Notes: generated by a model not told the origin, from the letters alone. 64,000 bases of DNA from an uncultured Mediterraneibacter sp. (GCA_944377805.1 CALWFZ010000005.1:50697-114696); one strand, 5' to 3'; positions 9,582 to 19,738 are shown, numbered from the stretch's first letter. Translations and numbers: made by a program.

Positions 9582-10214
9582 ATGGCAAGATACGTACAGG
9601 ACGTTACACTGAACAAACCGGATGATTTCGTGGCGTTCATCGTTAACGACTATCTGCAGAAGAACAAGTTCGCGATGGCGGACTGGAAAGGTGAGCCGGC
9701 ATACCGCGCGGGCGACGGAATGTTAGAGGGATTCAAATACCTGAAGTGGTCATATGAGGGCGGAGTGTTCCACCTGGAAGCATGGCTGCAGGGAACTGCC
9801 GGAGGAGAATGGGATCTGGAAGGCGTAGTAGGCGCTATGATGAAGAAACCGTATAAGAAGAGCCTGGAGCAGCTGCTCGACGCGCTTCATCAGGAGATTC
9901 CGGCGCAGAATGCGGCGGCAGACCAGAATAGTGCGGCACAGCCAAATCCGCAGCCTATCCCGGTTCGCACTGTTGACAATACCGGAGCTGCCACAGCTAC
10001 GCTTGTTCTGGGTATTCTCAGTATTCCGGTCGGACTGCTTCTGCCGTTGGTTGGAATTATCATCGGTGGTGTCGGCATTTCTCAGGCCCGGATGGGACTG
10101 GGATCCAGCAAGGCGAACCTGGCAAAGGCGGGAAAGATACTCAGCATTATCGGAATCTGTGTGTCGGCGCTTATATGGCTGCTCAACATTATACTGACAG
10201 TTGCGCTGCTCTAG
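9582..10214 (+). CDS. Hypothetical membrane protein (soluble N-domain, Q/A/P linker, C-terminal two-TM DUF4190-like tail)
   Basis: Good RBS (GGAGGA). The C-terminal hydrophobic segments are LVLGILSIPVGLLLPLVGIIIGGVGI and ILSIIGICVSALIWLLNIILTVALL. Confidence 0.6.
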   Translation: MARYVQDVTLNKPDDFVAFIVNDYLQKNKFAMADWKGEPAYRAGDGMLEGFKYLKWSYEGGVFHLEAWLQGTAGGEWDLEGVVGAMMKKPYKKSLEQLLDALHQEIPAQNAAADQNSAAQPNPQPIPVRTVDNTGAATATLVLGILSIPVGLLLPLVGIIIGGVGISQARMGLGSSKANLAKAGKILSIIGICVSALIWLLNIILTVALL

Positions 10215-10269
10215 TTTGAGAGTAAAGATTTATCTGTTATAAAGTGACTGAGAAGTACGTTCTCCCCGC

Positions 10270-10920
10270 TTATAAGAGCGGGGAGTTTTCTTTTCTCCAT
10301 CTGCGGGAAAATCGTTCTCCGGCTTTTGACCAGTTTACTACCCGGAACCAGTCGTCGATGTATGCGGCGCGCATGTTATAATGCTTCAGATAATAGGCAT
10401 GTTCCCAGACGTCGATGTTCAGGATCAGTGTGCGAAAATGGAGCACTGGCGTATTCTGATTAGAGGATGTCACGATTCTCAGGCGTCCGCCGTCTGATAC
10501 GAGCCATGCATATCCGGAGCCGAAGACGGAGAGAGCGGCCGCCTTAAACTGTTTTTTGAAATTTTCAGGGCTTCCGAACTGACAAGTCATCGCCTCGAAG
10601 AGAGGAGATGCCGTCGTCCCGAAGCCTTTGTCTTTGCTTTTCATGCCATTGAAATAAAATCGATGATTATACACTCCGCCTGCGTTATTCCGAAGGGGAG
10701 CCTGCAGATGACAGGGGAGCCTGCGCCATAATATAAGCATTTCCTCCAGAGAATACATCTGAAGAGCGGGATTCTCCTCAAGGAACCGGTTCAGATTGTC
10801 GATGTATGTCTGAAGGTGTCGGTCATGGTGCAGATGCATCGTTTTTTCATCAATAAATGGTTCAAGGGCGTCATAGCTGTAAGGGAGCGGTGTGTTGATA
10901 AAGGGATAATAGTGGTTCAT
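10270..10920 (-). CDS. sodA: Fe/Mn superoxide dismutase
   Basis: LPYSYDALEPFIDEKTMHLHHDRHLQTY and DVWEHAYYL motifs. The start was moved to the internal ATG (MNHYYPF) because the longer track ORF adds a non-homologous extension. Confidence 0.9.
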   Translation of the reverse strand: MNHYYPFINTPLPYSYDALEPFIDEKTMHLHHDRHLQTYIDNLNRFLEENPALQMYSLEEMLILWRRLPCHLQAPLRNNAGGVYNHRFYFNGMKSKDKGFGTTASPLFEAMTCQFGSPENFKKQFKAAALSVFGSGYAWLVSDGGRLRIVTSSNQNTPVLHFRTLILNIDVWEHAYYLKHYNMRAAYIDDWFRVVNWSKAGERFSRRWRKENSPLL

Positions 10921-11020
10921 ATTAATTTCCTGAATCTTTTTCCTAATAGTATATGAGGTTGATTCTGAAAATTTCCTGGTGTATGATTTCACTATAATGA
11001 ATGAAAAGGCGGAACCATTA

Positions 11021-12253
11021 ATGTACATAGGAGACTTACATATTCATTCCAGATATTCCCGGGCCACGAGCAAAGACTGCACTCCCGAGTACCTGGATCT
11101 GTGGGCAAGACGGAAAGGAATCCACATAGTCGGAACAGGGGACTTTACGCATCCGGCATGGAGAGAGGAACTTTCGGAGAAGTTAGAGGCGGCAGAAGAC
11201 GGGCTCTATGTGTTAAAGAAGGAATACCGGATCAGAGACGGAGAAATTCCCGGGGAAGTGATCCCCCGCTTTGTCGTCACAGGAGAGATCAGCTCGATCT
11301 ATAAGAAGAGCGGGAGAGTGAGGAAAGTCCATAGCCTCATTCTTCTGCCGGGGCTTGAGGATGCGGGAAGGATTGCCGGGAAACTGGGGCAGATCGGAAA
11401 TGTTCAGTCGGACGGCCGGCCGATTCTTGGTCTGGACTGCCGCGATCTTCTTGAGATTATACTGGAGTTATGTCCGCGCGCCATTTATGTTCCGGCTCAT
11501 ATCTGGACGCCTCACTTCTCTTTGTTTGGAGCGTTTTCCGGATTTGATACAGTGGAAGAGTGTTTTGAGGATCTGACGCCGTACATCCATGCCCTGGAGA
11601 CAGGACTGTCATCCGATCCGCCCATGAACTGGCGGGTGTCGGCTCTCGATTCGTATCAGCTCATCTCCAACTCAGACGCGCATTCCCCGGGGAAGCTCGG
11701 AAGAGAGGCGAACCTGTTCGAGATTCCTCTGTCTTATGACGGGCTGTTTCGCGCCATACAGACGGGCAGCGGTCTGGCCGGTACGATAGAGTTCTTCCCA
11801 GAGGAGGGAAAGTATCATATGGACGGGCACCGTAAATGCAGCCTTTGCCTGACGCCTGACGATACGCGGAAATATAACGGGATCTGTCCGGTCTGCGGCA
11901 GAAAGATCACCATTGGGGTTTCTCACCGGATAGAGGACCTGGCCGACCGGCCGGAAGGATATGTCAGAGAAGGGGCGAAATCATTTGAGAGTCTGATGCC
12001 CCTTGCCGAGGTCATCGGGGCGTCGGTAGGGCGCTCGGCGGCCGGCGTGAAGGTGCAGCGGGAGTATCAGAGGATGCTCTCCGAACTGGGGCCGGAGTTC
12101 GAGATACTCAGAAATATCCCTCCGGACGAGATACGGAGTGTGGCGGGAGACAGAGTGGCCGAGGGGATCTGCCGGCTCAGAAAAGGAGAGGTAGAGCGTA
12201 TCCCGGGATTTGACGGGGAATATGGGGTGATACGGCTGGGCGGGCTCTTGTAA
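11021..12253 (+). CDS. Endonuclease Q-like PHP-domain nuclease
   Basis: PHP N-terminus YIGDLHIHSRYSRATS, downstream His-rich PHP motifs, and a Cys zinc-finger CSLC...CPVCGRKITIGVSHRIEDL. A TATAAT at 10994-10999 favours the 11021 start. Confidence 0.7.
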   Translation: MYIGDLHIHSRYSRATSKDCTPEYLDLWARRKGIHIVGTGDFTHPAWREELSEKLEAAEDGLYVLKKEYRIRDGEIPGEVIPRFVVTGEISSIYKKSGRVRKVHSLILLPGLEDAGRIAGKLGQIGNVQSDGRPILGLDCRDLLEIILELCPRAIYVPAHIWTPHFSLFGAFSGFDTVEECFEDLTPYIHALETGLSSDPPMNWRVSALDSYQLISNSDAHSPGKLGREANLFEIPLSYDGLFRAIQTGSGLAGTIEFFPEEGKYHMDGHRKCSLCLTPDDTRKYNGICPVCGRKITIGVSHRIEDLADRPEGYVREGAKSFESLMPLAEVIGASVGRSAAGVKVQREYQRMLSELGPEFEILRNIPPDEIRSVAGDRVAEGICRLRKGEVERIPGFDGEYGVIRLGGLL

Positions 12254-12318
12254 AGAAAAGCTATGTGTGATAATCTAAGCCGTAAAGACAAGCTATGATA
12301 AAAGGAGAACTGGGAATC

Positions 12319-13161
12319 ATGAAATTAGGGGAAAAGCAGGTTCTGACCGTTGTGAAAAAAGTTGACTTTGGAGTCTATCTGGGAAGTGAGAAGGAACGGG
12401 TGCTGCTGCCGAAAAAGCAGGCGCCGCAGGGGGTGGAAGCAGGAGACCCGGTGGAGGTGTTTCTCTATAAAGACTCCTCTGACCGCCTGATCGCGACTAC
12501 GAATGAACCGAAGCTTACGATGGGGCATCTGGCGGTGCTGGAAGTTGCGGATGTAGGCAGAGTCGGCGCTTTTCTTGACTGGGGGCTGGAAAAGGATCTG
12601 CTGCTGCCTTTCAGGGAGCAGACGGTTAAGGTGTCGAAAAAAGACCGTTGTCTTGTAGGCCTCTATATTGACAAGAGCGGAAGGCTCTGCGCCACAATGA
12701 AGATATATCCCATGCTGCGAACAGACTCACCGTACCGAAAAGATGATATGGTAAAAGGCACAGTCTACGGGATCAGCAGAGAGTTCGGAGTTTTTGTCGC
12801 GGTAGATAATCGGTATTCGGCGCTGATTCCGAAGAAGGACGTCTATGGAAAACTGAATATCGGACAGGAGATTGAAGCCCGGGTGACATCGGTTAAGGCA
12901 GACGGAAAGCTGGATCTGAGTATTCGCAGCAAGATTCCGGAACAGATGGATGAGGACGCGCGAAAGATTATGGAGAGGATCAGAAAAGGCGGAGGAATGA
13001 TTCCGTTCACGGACAAGGCCGATCCGGAACTGATCCGAGAAGAGTTCGGAATGAGTAAGGCGGCGTTTAAACGTGCGGTCGGAAAACTGCTGAAAGAGAG
13101 AAAGATAAAAATAGATGAAGCCCAGGGAAAAATCTTGCAATTCGATGCAAATCGGGTATAA
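12319..13161 (+). CDS. cvfB: S1 RNA-binding domain protein, CvfB/YitL family
   Basis: Repeated S1-like modules (GVYLG, GAFLDWGLEKDLLLP, GVFVAVDNRYSALIP) plus a C-terminal winged-helix tail. RBS is AAAGGAG. Confidence 0.8.
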   Translation: MKLGEKQVLTVVKKVDFGVYLGSEKERVLLPKKQAPQGVEAGDPVEVFLYKDSSDRLIATTNEPKLTMGHLAVLEVADVGRVGAFLDWGLEKDLLLPFREQTVKVSKKDRCLVGLYIDKSGRLCATMKIYPMLRTDSPYRKDDMVKGTVYGISREFGVFVAVDNRYSALIPKKDVYGKLNIGQEIEARVTSVKADGKLDLSIRSKIPEQMDEDARKIMERIRKGGGMIPFTDKADPELIREEFGMSKAAFKRAVGKLLKERKIKIDEAQGKILQFDANRV

Positions 13162-13248
13162 TATTCATTAGGAATGTGCATGCAGCATATGGCGCATATA
13201 CATTTCACGAGTTACTGATAATAGATGTGAAAGGAAGGGGAACGCATA

Positions 13249-13488
13249 ATGAAAGTTCAGAACATCACGGATATAGAAGGCTTTTTTAATGTTGTGGATC
13301 AGTGCAAAGGAAAGGTTGAGCTCGTGACAGGCGAGGGTGACAGACTGAACCTGAAATCGAAACTTTCCCAGTATGTGTCTATGGCGAATATCTTTTCAAA
13401 CGGGGAGATTCCGGAACTGGAAGTGATCGCGTATGAGAAGGAAGATACAGACAGACTGATTAAATTCATGCTGGACGGAGGTCAATAA
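13249..13488 (+). CDS. Small hypothetical protein (79 aa)
   Basis: ORF with RBS GGAAGGGG upstream. No recognisable motif. Confidence 0.45.
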   Translation: MKVQNITDIEGFFNVVDQCKGKVELVTGEGDRLNLKSKLSQYVSMANIFSNGEIPELEVIAYEKEDTDRLIKFMLDGGQ

Positions 13489-13594
13489 GTAATTTCCTTT
13501 CTGATTTCTGATATGAAACAGCAGTGAATATTGCAGATTACACAGGGGCAGTTCTCACGCAGGGAACCGCCCTTTTGCATACCAGAGGTGAACC

Positions 13595-16500
13595 ATGAGT
13601 TTTGTACATTTGCACGTCCATACGGAGTATAGTCTGCTGGACGGATCAAACAAGATAAAAGAATATGTCTCGCGCGTAAAAGAGCTTGGGATGAATAGTG
13701 CCGCGATTACAGATCACGGCGTTATGTACGGTGTGATCGATTTCTATAAGGAGGCCCGCGCTCAGGGTATCAAGCCGATACTGGGATGTGAAGTGTATGT
13801 GGCTCCCAATTCCCGGTTCGACCGCGAGGTGACGGGAGGAGAAGACCGATATTATCACCTTGTGCTTCTGGCGGAGAATAATGAAGGATATGCCAACCTG
13901 ACGAAAATCGTTTCCAAAGGATTTGTGGAAGGATATTATTACCGGCCTCGTGTGGATAAAGAGCTTCTCAGACAGTACCACGGCGGAATCATTGCTTTGA
14001 GCGCGTGTCTTGCGGGAGAGGTACAGCGCTACATTTCCAAGGGCCTGTATGAGGAAGCGAAAAAGACGGCGTTGGAGTACCGCGATATTTTCGGAGAGGA
14101 TAACTTTTTCCTCGAACTTCAGGATCACGGTATTCCCGAGCAGGCGCTTGTGAATCAGCAACTCCTCAAGATGTCGGAGGAGACGGGCATCGAACTGGTC
14201 GTTACCAACGACGTTCACTACACTTATGCGGAAGACGCGGCGGCTCACGATGTACTCCTGTGCATTCAGACCGGCAAAAAGATTACAGACGAGAACAGGA
14301 TGCGCTATGAGGGCGGACAGTATTTCGTTAAATCTCCGGAGGAGATGGAGAAACTGTTTCCCTATGCGCTCCAGGCGCTGGATAATACCCAGAAGATCGC
14401 GGACAGATGTTCTGTGGACATTGAATTTGGCGTGACGAAGCTCCCGAAATATGATGTTCCCGAGGGCTACACTTCCTGGGAGTACCTTCAGAAACTCTGC
14501 TATGAAGGACTGGAGAAAAGGTACGGCGAACCGCCGGAAGAACTCAGAGAGCGGCTCTCATACGAACTGGATACGATCCGAAATATGGGTTATGTGGATT
14601 ATTTCCTTATTGTGTGGGACTTTATAAAATACGCGAAGGATCACGGGATCGCTGTGGGGCCCGGCCGTGGATCAGCGGCGGGAAGCATTGTCTCCTACTG
14701 TCTGGGGATCACGACCATAGATCCACTGCGCTATCAGCTTCTGTTCGAGCGGTTCCTGAACCCGGAACGAATCTCCATGCCCGATATTGACGTTGACTTC
14801 TGTTTTGAACGGCGGCAGGAAGTGATCGACTATGTGGTAAGAAAATACGGGGAGGAATGTGTCGTTCAGATTGTCACTTTCGGAACGATGGCAGCCAGGA
14901 ATGCTCTGCGCGACGTTGGGCGGGTCCTGGATCTTCCCTATGCTTATGTGGATACACTGGCAAAGATGGTGCCGCAGGAACTTAAGATTACGATAGACAA
15001 GGCCCTTGTGGAGAATCCCGAATTCCGCCGGGCTTATGAGACCGATGAGCAGGCAAAGAACCTGATTGATATGGCGAAGAAGCTGGAGGGGCTGCCAAGG
15101 CACTGCTCCATGCATGCGGCGGGCGTAGTTATCAGCCAGAAACCGGTAGATGAATATGTGCCGCTTTCAAGAGCAGCCGACGGTACGATTACAACTCAGT
15201 TCACGATGACGATTCTGGAGGAACTGGGGCTTTTGAAGATGGATTTTCTGGGACTTCGGACGCTGACTGTGATTCAGAACGCCGTAAACATGGCGAGGAA
15301 AAAGCAGCCGGACCTTGATATGGATAAACTGGACTATTCGGATCAGAAGGTGCTGGACTACATCGGCACCGGAAATACGGAAGGAATCTTCCAGCTTGAG
15401 AGCGCGGGCATGAAAAGCTTTATGAAAGAGTTAAAGCCCCACAGTCTGGAAGATATTATCGCAGGTGTGGCGCTGTACCGCCCGGGTCCTATGGACTTCA
15501 TCCCGCAGTATATCAGAGGGAAAAACGACGTCTCGGCAATCACATATGACTGCCCGCAGCTTAAACCGATTCTGGAGTCTACTTATGGGTGTATCGTTTA
15601 CCAGGAGCAGGTCATGCAGATTGTGCGGGATCTGGCGGGATATACGCTGGGGAGAAGCGACCTTCTGCGCCGTGCCATGTCCAAGAAAAAGGCGGATGTA
15701 ATGCAGAAGGAGAGACGGATCTTCGTGTACGGCGACGAGGAGACGAATGTTCCCGGATGTATTAAAAACGGCATAGATGAGAAGACTGCCAATAAGATCT
15801 TTGATGAAATGCTTGATTTTGCCAACTATGCGTTTAATAAATCCCATGCCGCGGCCTATGCGGTAGTGACCTATCAGACAGCCTGGCTGAAATACTATTA
15901 TCCGGTAGAGTTTATGGCCGCTCTTATGACGTCTGTAATTGAAAATCCGTCAAAAGTGGCGGAATACATTTATGCCTGCCGGCAGATGAATATCAGGATC
16001 CTTCCTCCGGACATCAATAAGGGGGAAGCGGACTTTTCGGTTGACGGAGGCGATATTCGATATGGGCTGGCTGCGATCAAGAGCATCGGGCGCCCGGTGA
16101 TACAGGAGGTGACCGAAGAGAGAAACGCCTTTGGCCCGTTTCAGAATCTGGAGGACTTTATTACCCGAATGTCGGCGAAAGATGCGTTAAACAAGCGTGC
16201 CATCGAAAATCTGATCAAGGCCGGCGCGCTGGATGCTCTGGGCGGAACGCGAAAGCAGTTCATGAGTATCTATGTGCAGATTGTAGAGCATGTCAACCAG
16301 GAAAAGAAATATTCCATGTCAGGCCAGATGAGTCTCTTTGATCTGGTCAGTGATGAGCAGAAGAGCGACTTTCAGATTCGCATGCCCGATGTGGGAGAAT
16401 ATACAAAGGAAAATCTGCTCGCGTTTGAGAAGGAAGTGCTGGGCGTTTATATCAGCGGGCACCCGTTGGAGGAATATGAGGAGAAATGGCGCAAAGCGAT

Positions 16501-17065
16501 CTCTTCCACATCGCTTGATTTCCAGCCGAACGAAAGCGGCCGGTCGAAAGTGCATGACGGTTCGAGAGAAATCATCGGCGGAATGATCACCGACAAGACG
16601 GTGAAACATACAAAGACGAATCAGATGATGGCTTTTGTCACAGTGGAGGATCTTCTCGGAACAGTGGAAGTAGTCGTATTCCCCCGGGATTATGAACAGA
16701 ATCGTGAATATCTGGAAGCAGATAAGAAAGTTTTTATACGAGGACGCGTATCTGAGGAGGATGAAAAGGCGAGCAAGCTGATCTGCGAGAAGGTAATCCC
16801 ATTTGAAAAGACAAAGAAGGAACTGTGGATTCAGTTTCCCGATAAAGCATCTTACCTGGATGAAGAGCAGATTGTCTACGGGTATCTTGCGGATTCGGAA
16901 GGGGAGGACGAGGTTGTGATCTACTGTGCCGGCGAGCGGGCGGTGAAGCGGCTTCCGAAAAACAGAAATATCAGGATAAATCAGCAGATTTTGAGCAGAC
17001 TGATGAATCATTACGGGGAAAGCAGGATAAAAGTGGTAGAAAAAGCTATTGAAAACCACTTCTAA
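13595..17065 (+). CDS. dnaE: DNA polymerase III alpha subunit (DnaE type)
   Basis: PHP N-terminus FVHLHVHTEYSLLDG, polymerase core motifs (PDIDVDF), and the OB-fold region. Confidence 0.95.
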   Translation: MSFVHLHVHTEYSLLDGSNKIKEYVSRVKELGMNSAAITDHGVMYGVIDFYKEARAQGIKPILGCEVYVAPNSRFDREVTGGEDRYYHLVLLAENNEGYANLTKIVSKGFVEGYYYRPRVDKELLRQYHGGIIALSACLAGEVQRYISKGLYEEAKKTALEYRDIFGEDNFFLELQDHGIPEQALVNQQLLKMSEETGIELVVTNDVHYTYAEDAAAHDVLLCIQTGKKITDENRMRYEGGQYFVKSPEEMEKLFPYALQALDNTQKIADRCSVDIEFGVTKLPKYDVPEGYTSWEYLQKLCYEGLEKRYGEPPEELRERLSYELDTIRNMGYVDYFLIVWDFIKYAKDHGIAVGPGRGSAAGSIVSYCLGITTIDPLRYQLLFERFLNPERISMPDIDVDFCFERRQEVIDYVVRKYGEECVVQIVTFGTMAARNALRDVGRVLDLPYAYVDTLAKMVPQELKITIDKALVENPEFRRAYETDEQAKNLIDMAKKLEGLPRHCSMHAAGVVISQKPVDEYVPLSRAADGTITTQFTMTILEELGLLKMDFLGLRTLTVIQNAVNMARKKQPDLDMDKLDYSDQKVLDYIGTGNTEGIFQLESAGMKSFMKELKPHSLEDIIAGVALYRPGPMDFIPQYIRGKNDVSAITYDCPQLKPILESTYGCIVYQEQVMQIVRDLAGYTLGRSDLLRRAMSKKKADVMQKERRIFVYGDEETNVPGCIKNGIDEKTANKIFDEMLDFANYAFNKSHAAAYAVVTYQTAWLKYYYPVEFMAALMTSVIENPSKVAEYIYACRQMNIRILPPDINKGEADFSVDGGDIRYGLAAIKSIGRPVIQEVTEERNAFGPFQNLEDFITRMSAKDALNKRAIENLIKAGALDALGGTRKQFMSIYVQIVEHVNQEKKYSMSGQMSLFDLVSDEQKSDFQIRMPDVGEYTKENLLAFEKEVLGVYISGHPLEEYEEKWRKAISSTSLDFQPNESGRSKVHDGSREIIGGMITDKTVKHTKTNQMMAFVTVEDLLGTVEVVVFPRDYEQNREYLEADKKVFIRGRVSEEDEKASKLICEKVIPFEKTKKELWIQFPDKASYLDEEQIVYGYLADSEGEDEVVIYCAGERAVKRLPKNRNIRINQQILSRLMNHYGESRIKVVEKAIENHF

Positions 17066-17154
17066 ATACGGTAGAATATTTTCGGAAAATTGTTAAAAAA
17101 TTTTCATTCAGTGGAATTTACAGTTATCTGACTTTTAAGAAAGGTGGAGAAGAC

Positions 17155-18174
17155 ATGGCAGAGAAGAAAGCGAGTGATAAGGAAAAATATTTAGACGAGA
17201 TCGAGGACACTATCCGCACGATCGGCGTCCTTACCAGTGGCGGCGACGCTCCGGGTATGAACGCGGCGATCCGCGCGGTTGTTCGTACGGCTCTCTCAAA
17301 AGGCCTTAAGGTACGCGGAATCAGAAGAGGCTATCACGGACTTCTCAGAGAAGAGATCATCGATCTGTCAGCACGCGACGTATCAGATACGATTCAGCGC
17401 GGAGGAACATTCCTCCAGACAGCGCGGTGCAAGACGATGCGTACTGAGGAAGGACAGCAGAAAGCGGCTGCAATCTGTAAGAAATACGGTATTGACGGCC
17501 TTGTTGTCATTGGTGGAGACGGTTCCTTTGCGGGAGCGCAGAAGCTGGCGAACCTCGGTGTAAATACAATCGGCATACCGGGGACAATCGATCTCGATAT
17601 TGCATGTACAGATTATACGATCGGATTCGACACGGCAGTAAATACTGCTATGGAAGCCATCGATAAAGTGCGAGATACGTCCACATCCCACGAGAGATGC
17701 AGCATCATCGAGGTTATGGGACGTGACGCGGGATACCTGGCTCTGTGGTGCGGTATCGCCAACGGAGCAGAGCGGATTCTGATGCCTGAGGAGCACGACT
17801 ATAATGAGCAGGAGATTATAGACGACATCATGGCAAACAAGAGACGCGGAAAGAAGAACTATATTATCATTAACGCCGAAGGTATCGGTGATTCCATCAA
17901 TATGGCAAAGAGAATCGAAGAGGCGACAGGAATCGAGACCAGAGCGACAATCTTAGGCCACATGCAGCGCGGAGGAAGTCCGACATGTAAGGACAGAGTA
18001 TACGCGTCGATCATGGGATCAATGGCAGTAGACCTTCTCTGTCAGGGTAAGACAAACCGTGTCGTTGGTTACAAGGATGGAAGATACGTTGACTTTGACA
18101 TTGAAGAAGCACTGGCTATGAAGAAATCAATTTCCGAATATCAGTATAATGTTGCCAAGACACTGGCGCTCTAA
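17155..18174 (+). CDS. pfkA: ATP-dependent 6-phosphofructokinase
   Basis: GVLTSGGDAPGMNAAIR, IGGDGS, PGTIDLD and MGR motifs. Confidence 0.95.
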   Translation: MAEKKASDKEKYLDEIEDTIRTIGVLTSGGDAPGMNAAIRAVVRTALSKGLKVRGIRRGYHGLLREEIIDLSARDVSDTIQRGGTFLQTARCKTMRTEEGQQKAAAICKKYGIDGLVVIGGDGSFAGAQKLANLGVNTIGIPGTIDLDIACTDYTIGFDTAVNTAMEAIDKVRDTSTSHERCSIIEVMGRDAGYLALWCGIANGAERILMPEEHDYNEQEIIDDIMANKRRGKKNYIIINAEGIGDSINMAKRIEEATGIETRATILGHMQRGGSPTCKDRVYASIMGSMAVDLLCQGKTNRVVGYKDGRYVDFDIEEALAMKKSISEYQYNVAKTLAL

Positions 18175-18226
18175 GATCAGCCCGGTATCGTAATCGAACA
18201 AACTTAAGAAACGGAGAGATCATAAC

Positions 18227-19054
18227 GTGAGTACGGATAGCAGGAAGAGAGCACCCATAGGGGTGTTTGATTCCGGAGTAGGCGGTCTGACGGTGGCGCG
18301 AGAGATCGCTCGTCAGCTCCCAAATGAAAATATTGTATATTTCGGGGATACGGCCCGTGTTCCCTACGGCAGTAAGTCTCAGAACACGATTATCCGTTTT
18401 TCTGAGCAGATCATCCGTTTCTTAAAGACGAAAGAAGTTAAGGCGATCGTCATCGCCTGCAATACAGCAAGCGCCCTTGCTCTTGACGCAGTACACAATG
18501 AGTTCGACGTTCCGGTTATGGGCGTGGTTATCCCCGGAGCGCGGGCGGCTGTGGAGGCAACGCAGAACAGAAGAGTAGGAGTCATTGGCACGGATGCCAC
18601 CGTTCAGAGCGGCATGTATACGAAAGTAATACAGAGCATGGCCCCCGACGTTACGGTTGTGGAGAAGGCGTGCCCGCTCTTTGTTCCGCTGGTTGAAGAA
18701 GGGTTTAAAGATCATGTGGTCACCCGGGAAGTCATCGAGTACTATCTGGAATCAATGCGTGATTCAGGCATTGACGCACTGATACTCGGGTGTACTCATT
18801 ACCCGCTTCTCCGATCGAAGATACGGGAATATATGGGGGAGAAAATCCAGATCGTCAATCCGGCATACGAAACCGCTATGGATCTGAAGAAGCTGCTCTA
18901 TGAGGAGAAGATGGAGAACGACGGGAGCACGCGGGAGCACAGCAGGTACTCTTTCTATGTAAGCGATGCCGCTGAGAAATTCCGCAGGTTTGCAAACACG
19001 GTGATGCCGTTTGATGTACCGACAACAAATGTAGTGAATATAGAAGAGTATTGA
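18227..19054 (+). CDS. murI: Glutamate racemase
   Basis: GVFDSGVGGLTV, ACNTAS and GCTHYP motifs. GTG start. Confidence 0.9.
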   Translation: MSTDSRKRAPIGVFDSGVGGLTVAREIARQLPNENIVYFGDTARVPYGSKSQNTIIRFSEQIIRFLKTKEVKAIVIACNTASALALDAVHNEFDVPVMGVVIPGARAAVEATQNRRVGVIGTDATVQSGMYTKVIQSMAPDVTVVEKACPLFVPLVEEGFKDHVVTREVIEYYLESMRDSGIDALILGCTHYPLLRSKIREYMGEKIQIVNPAYETAMDLKKLLYEEKMENDGSTREHSRYSFYVSDAAEKFRRFANTVMPFDVPTTNVVNIEEY

Positions 19055-19536
19055 TGAAAATGACAAAGGACGTATTACTCAGCATATCCGGCAGACATAT
19101 TGACATTATGGCTGAGCCTGTGCCGGGATGTGAGCGGGAAGATGATGTTGTTGAAGTCGTCACTCCTGCCAGTTATTACTGTAAAAACGGAAAACACTAT
19201 ATCATTTATGAAGAAGTGCTTGAGGGACTGGCCGGCACGATCAGAAATAAGATCAAGATCACCGGTAACGACAGCATTGAGATCATAAAAAGCGGCGCTT
19301 CGGGCTCTCATATGATTTTTGAAAGAAACCGGAAAAACCAGACATATTACAGAACGCCATACGGGCAGATGCTGGTTGGTATAAATACAAAGAGCATGGA
19401 AATCAGCGTAGACGACGACCGGATTGACGTCCGGGTTGACTATGAACTGGATGTCAACCACGAACCGCTGGCGGACTGTAAGATCAAGATGAATATCATG
19501 TCCAAAGAGAATCCGGATTTTTCTGTGCTCAGTTAA
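19054..19536 (+). CDS. DUF1934-like beta-barrel protein (YwiB-like)
   Basis: 160 aa with a start overlapping the murI stop (TTGATGA). The family assignment is from overall pattern only. Confidence 0.5.
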   Translation: MKMTKDVLLSISGRHIDIMAEPVPGCEREDDVVEVVTPASYYCKNGKHYIIYEEVLEGLAGTIRNKIKITGNDSIEIIKSGASGSHMIFERNRKNQTYYRTPYGQMLVGINTKSMEISVDDDRIDVRVDYELDVNHEPLADCKIKMNIMSKENPDFSVLS

Positions 19537-19562
19537 ACTTGCTTTAAACCGGTGTATGGCAA

Positions 19563-19592
19563 ACACGACATCAGTATGTCGTGTTATTTTTT
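19563..19592 (+). terminator. Rho-independent terminator after the DUF1934 gene
   Basis: ACACGACAT / ATGTCGTGT perfect 9-bp stem, 4-nt loop, then TATTTTTT. Confidence 0.8.
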
Positions 19593-19682
19593 GCGCCGGC
19601 GACGAGCCAAAGTCCGGGCTTGCCAGAGACCTTGGCGACCGCTTACAGTTCCGGAGTGTGCGTTCTGGAACTTTCCGTGATT
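19593..19682 (+). repeat. Terminator-adjacent dispersed repeat, copy 2 (full length)
   Basis: GCGCCGGCGACGAGCCAAAGTCCGGGCTTGCC...CCGTGATT. It aligns with copy 1 over 90 nt. Confidence 0.8.
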
Positions 19683-19688
19683 GCAGAA

Positions 19689-19727
19689 AAGGGAAACGGC
19701 GCAGTCTGAAGACTACGCCGTTTCCCC
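19689..19727 (-). terminator. Rho-independent terminator of the minus-strand membrane-protein gene
   Basis: GGGAAACGGCG / CGCCGTTTCCC 11-bp stem. On the minus strand it is followed by TTTTCT. Confidence 0.7.
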
Positions 19728-19738
19728 AAAATATTTAT

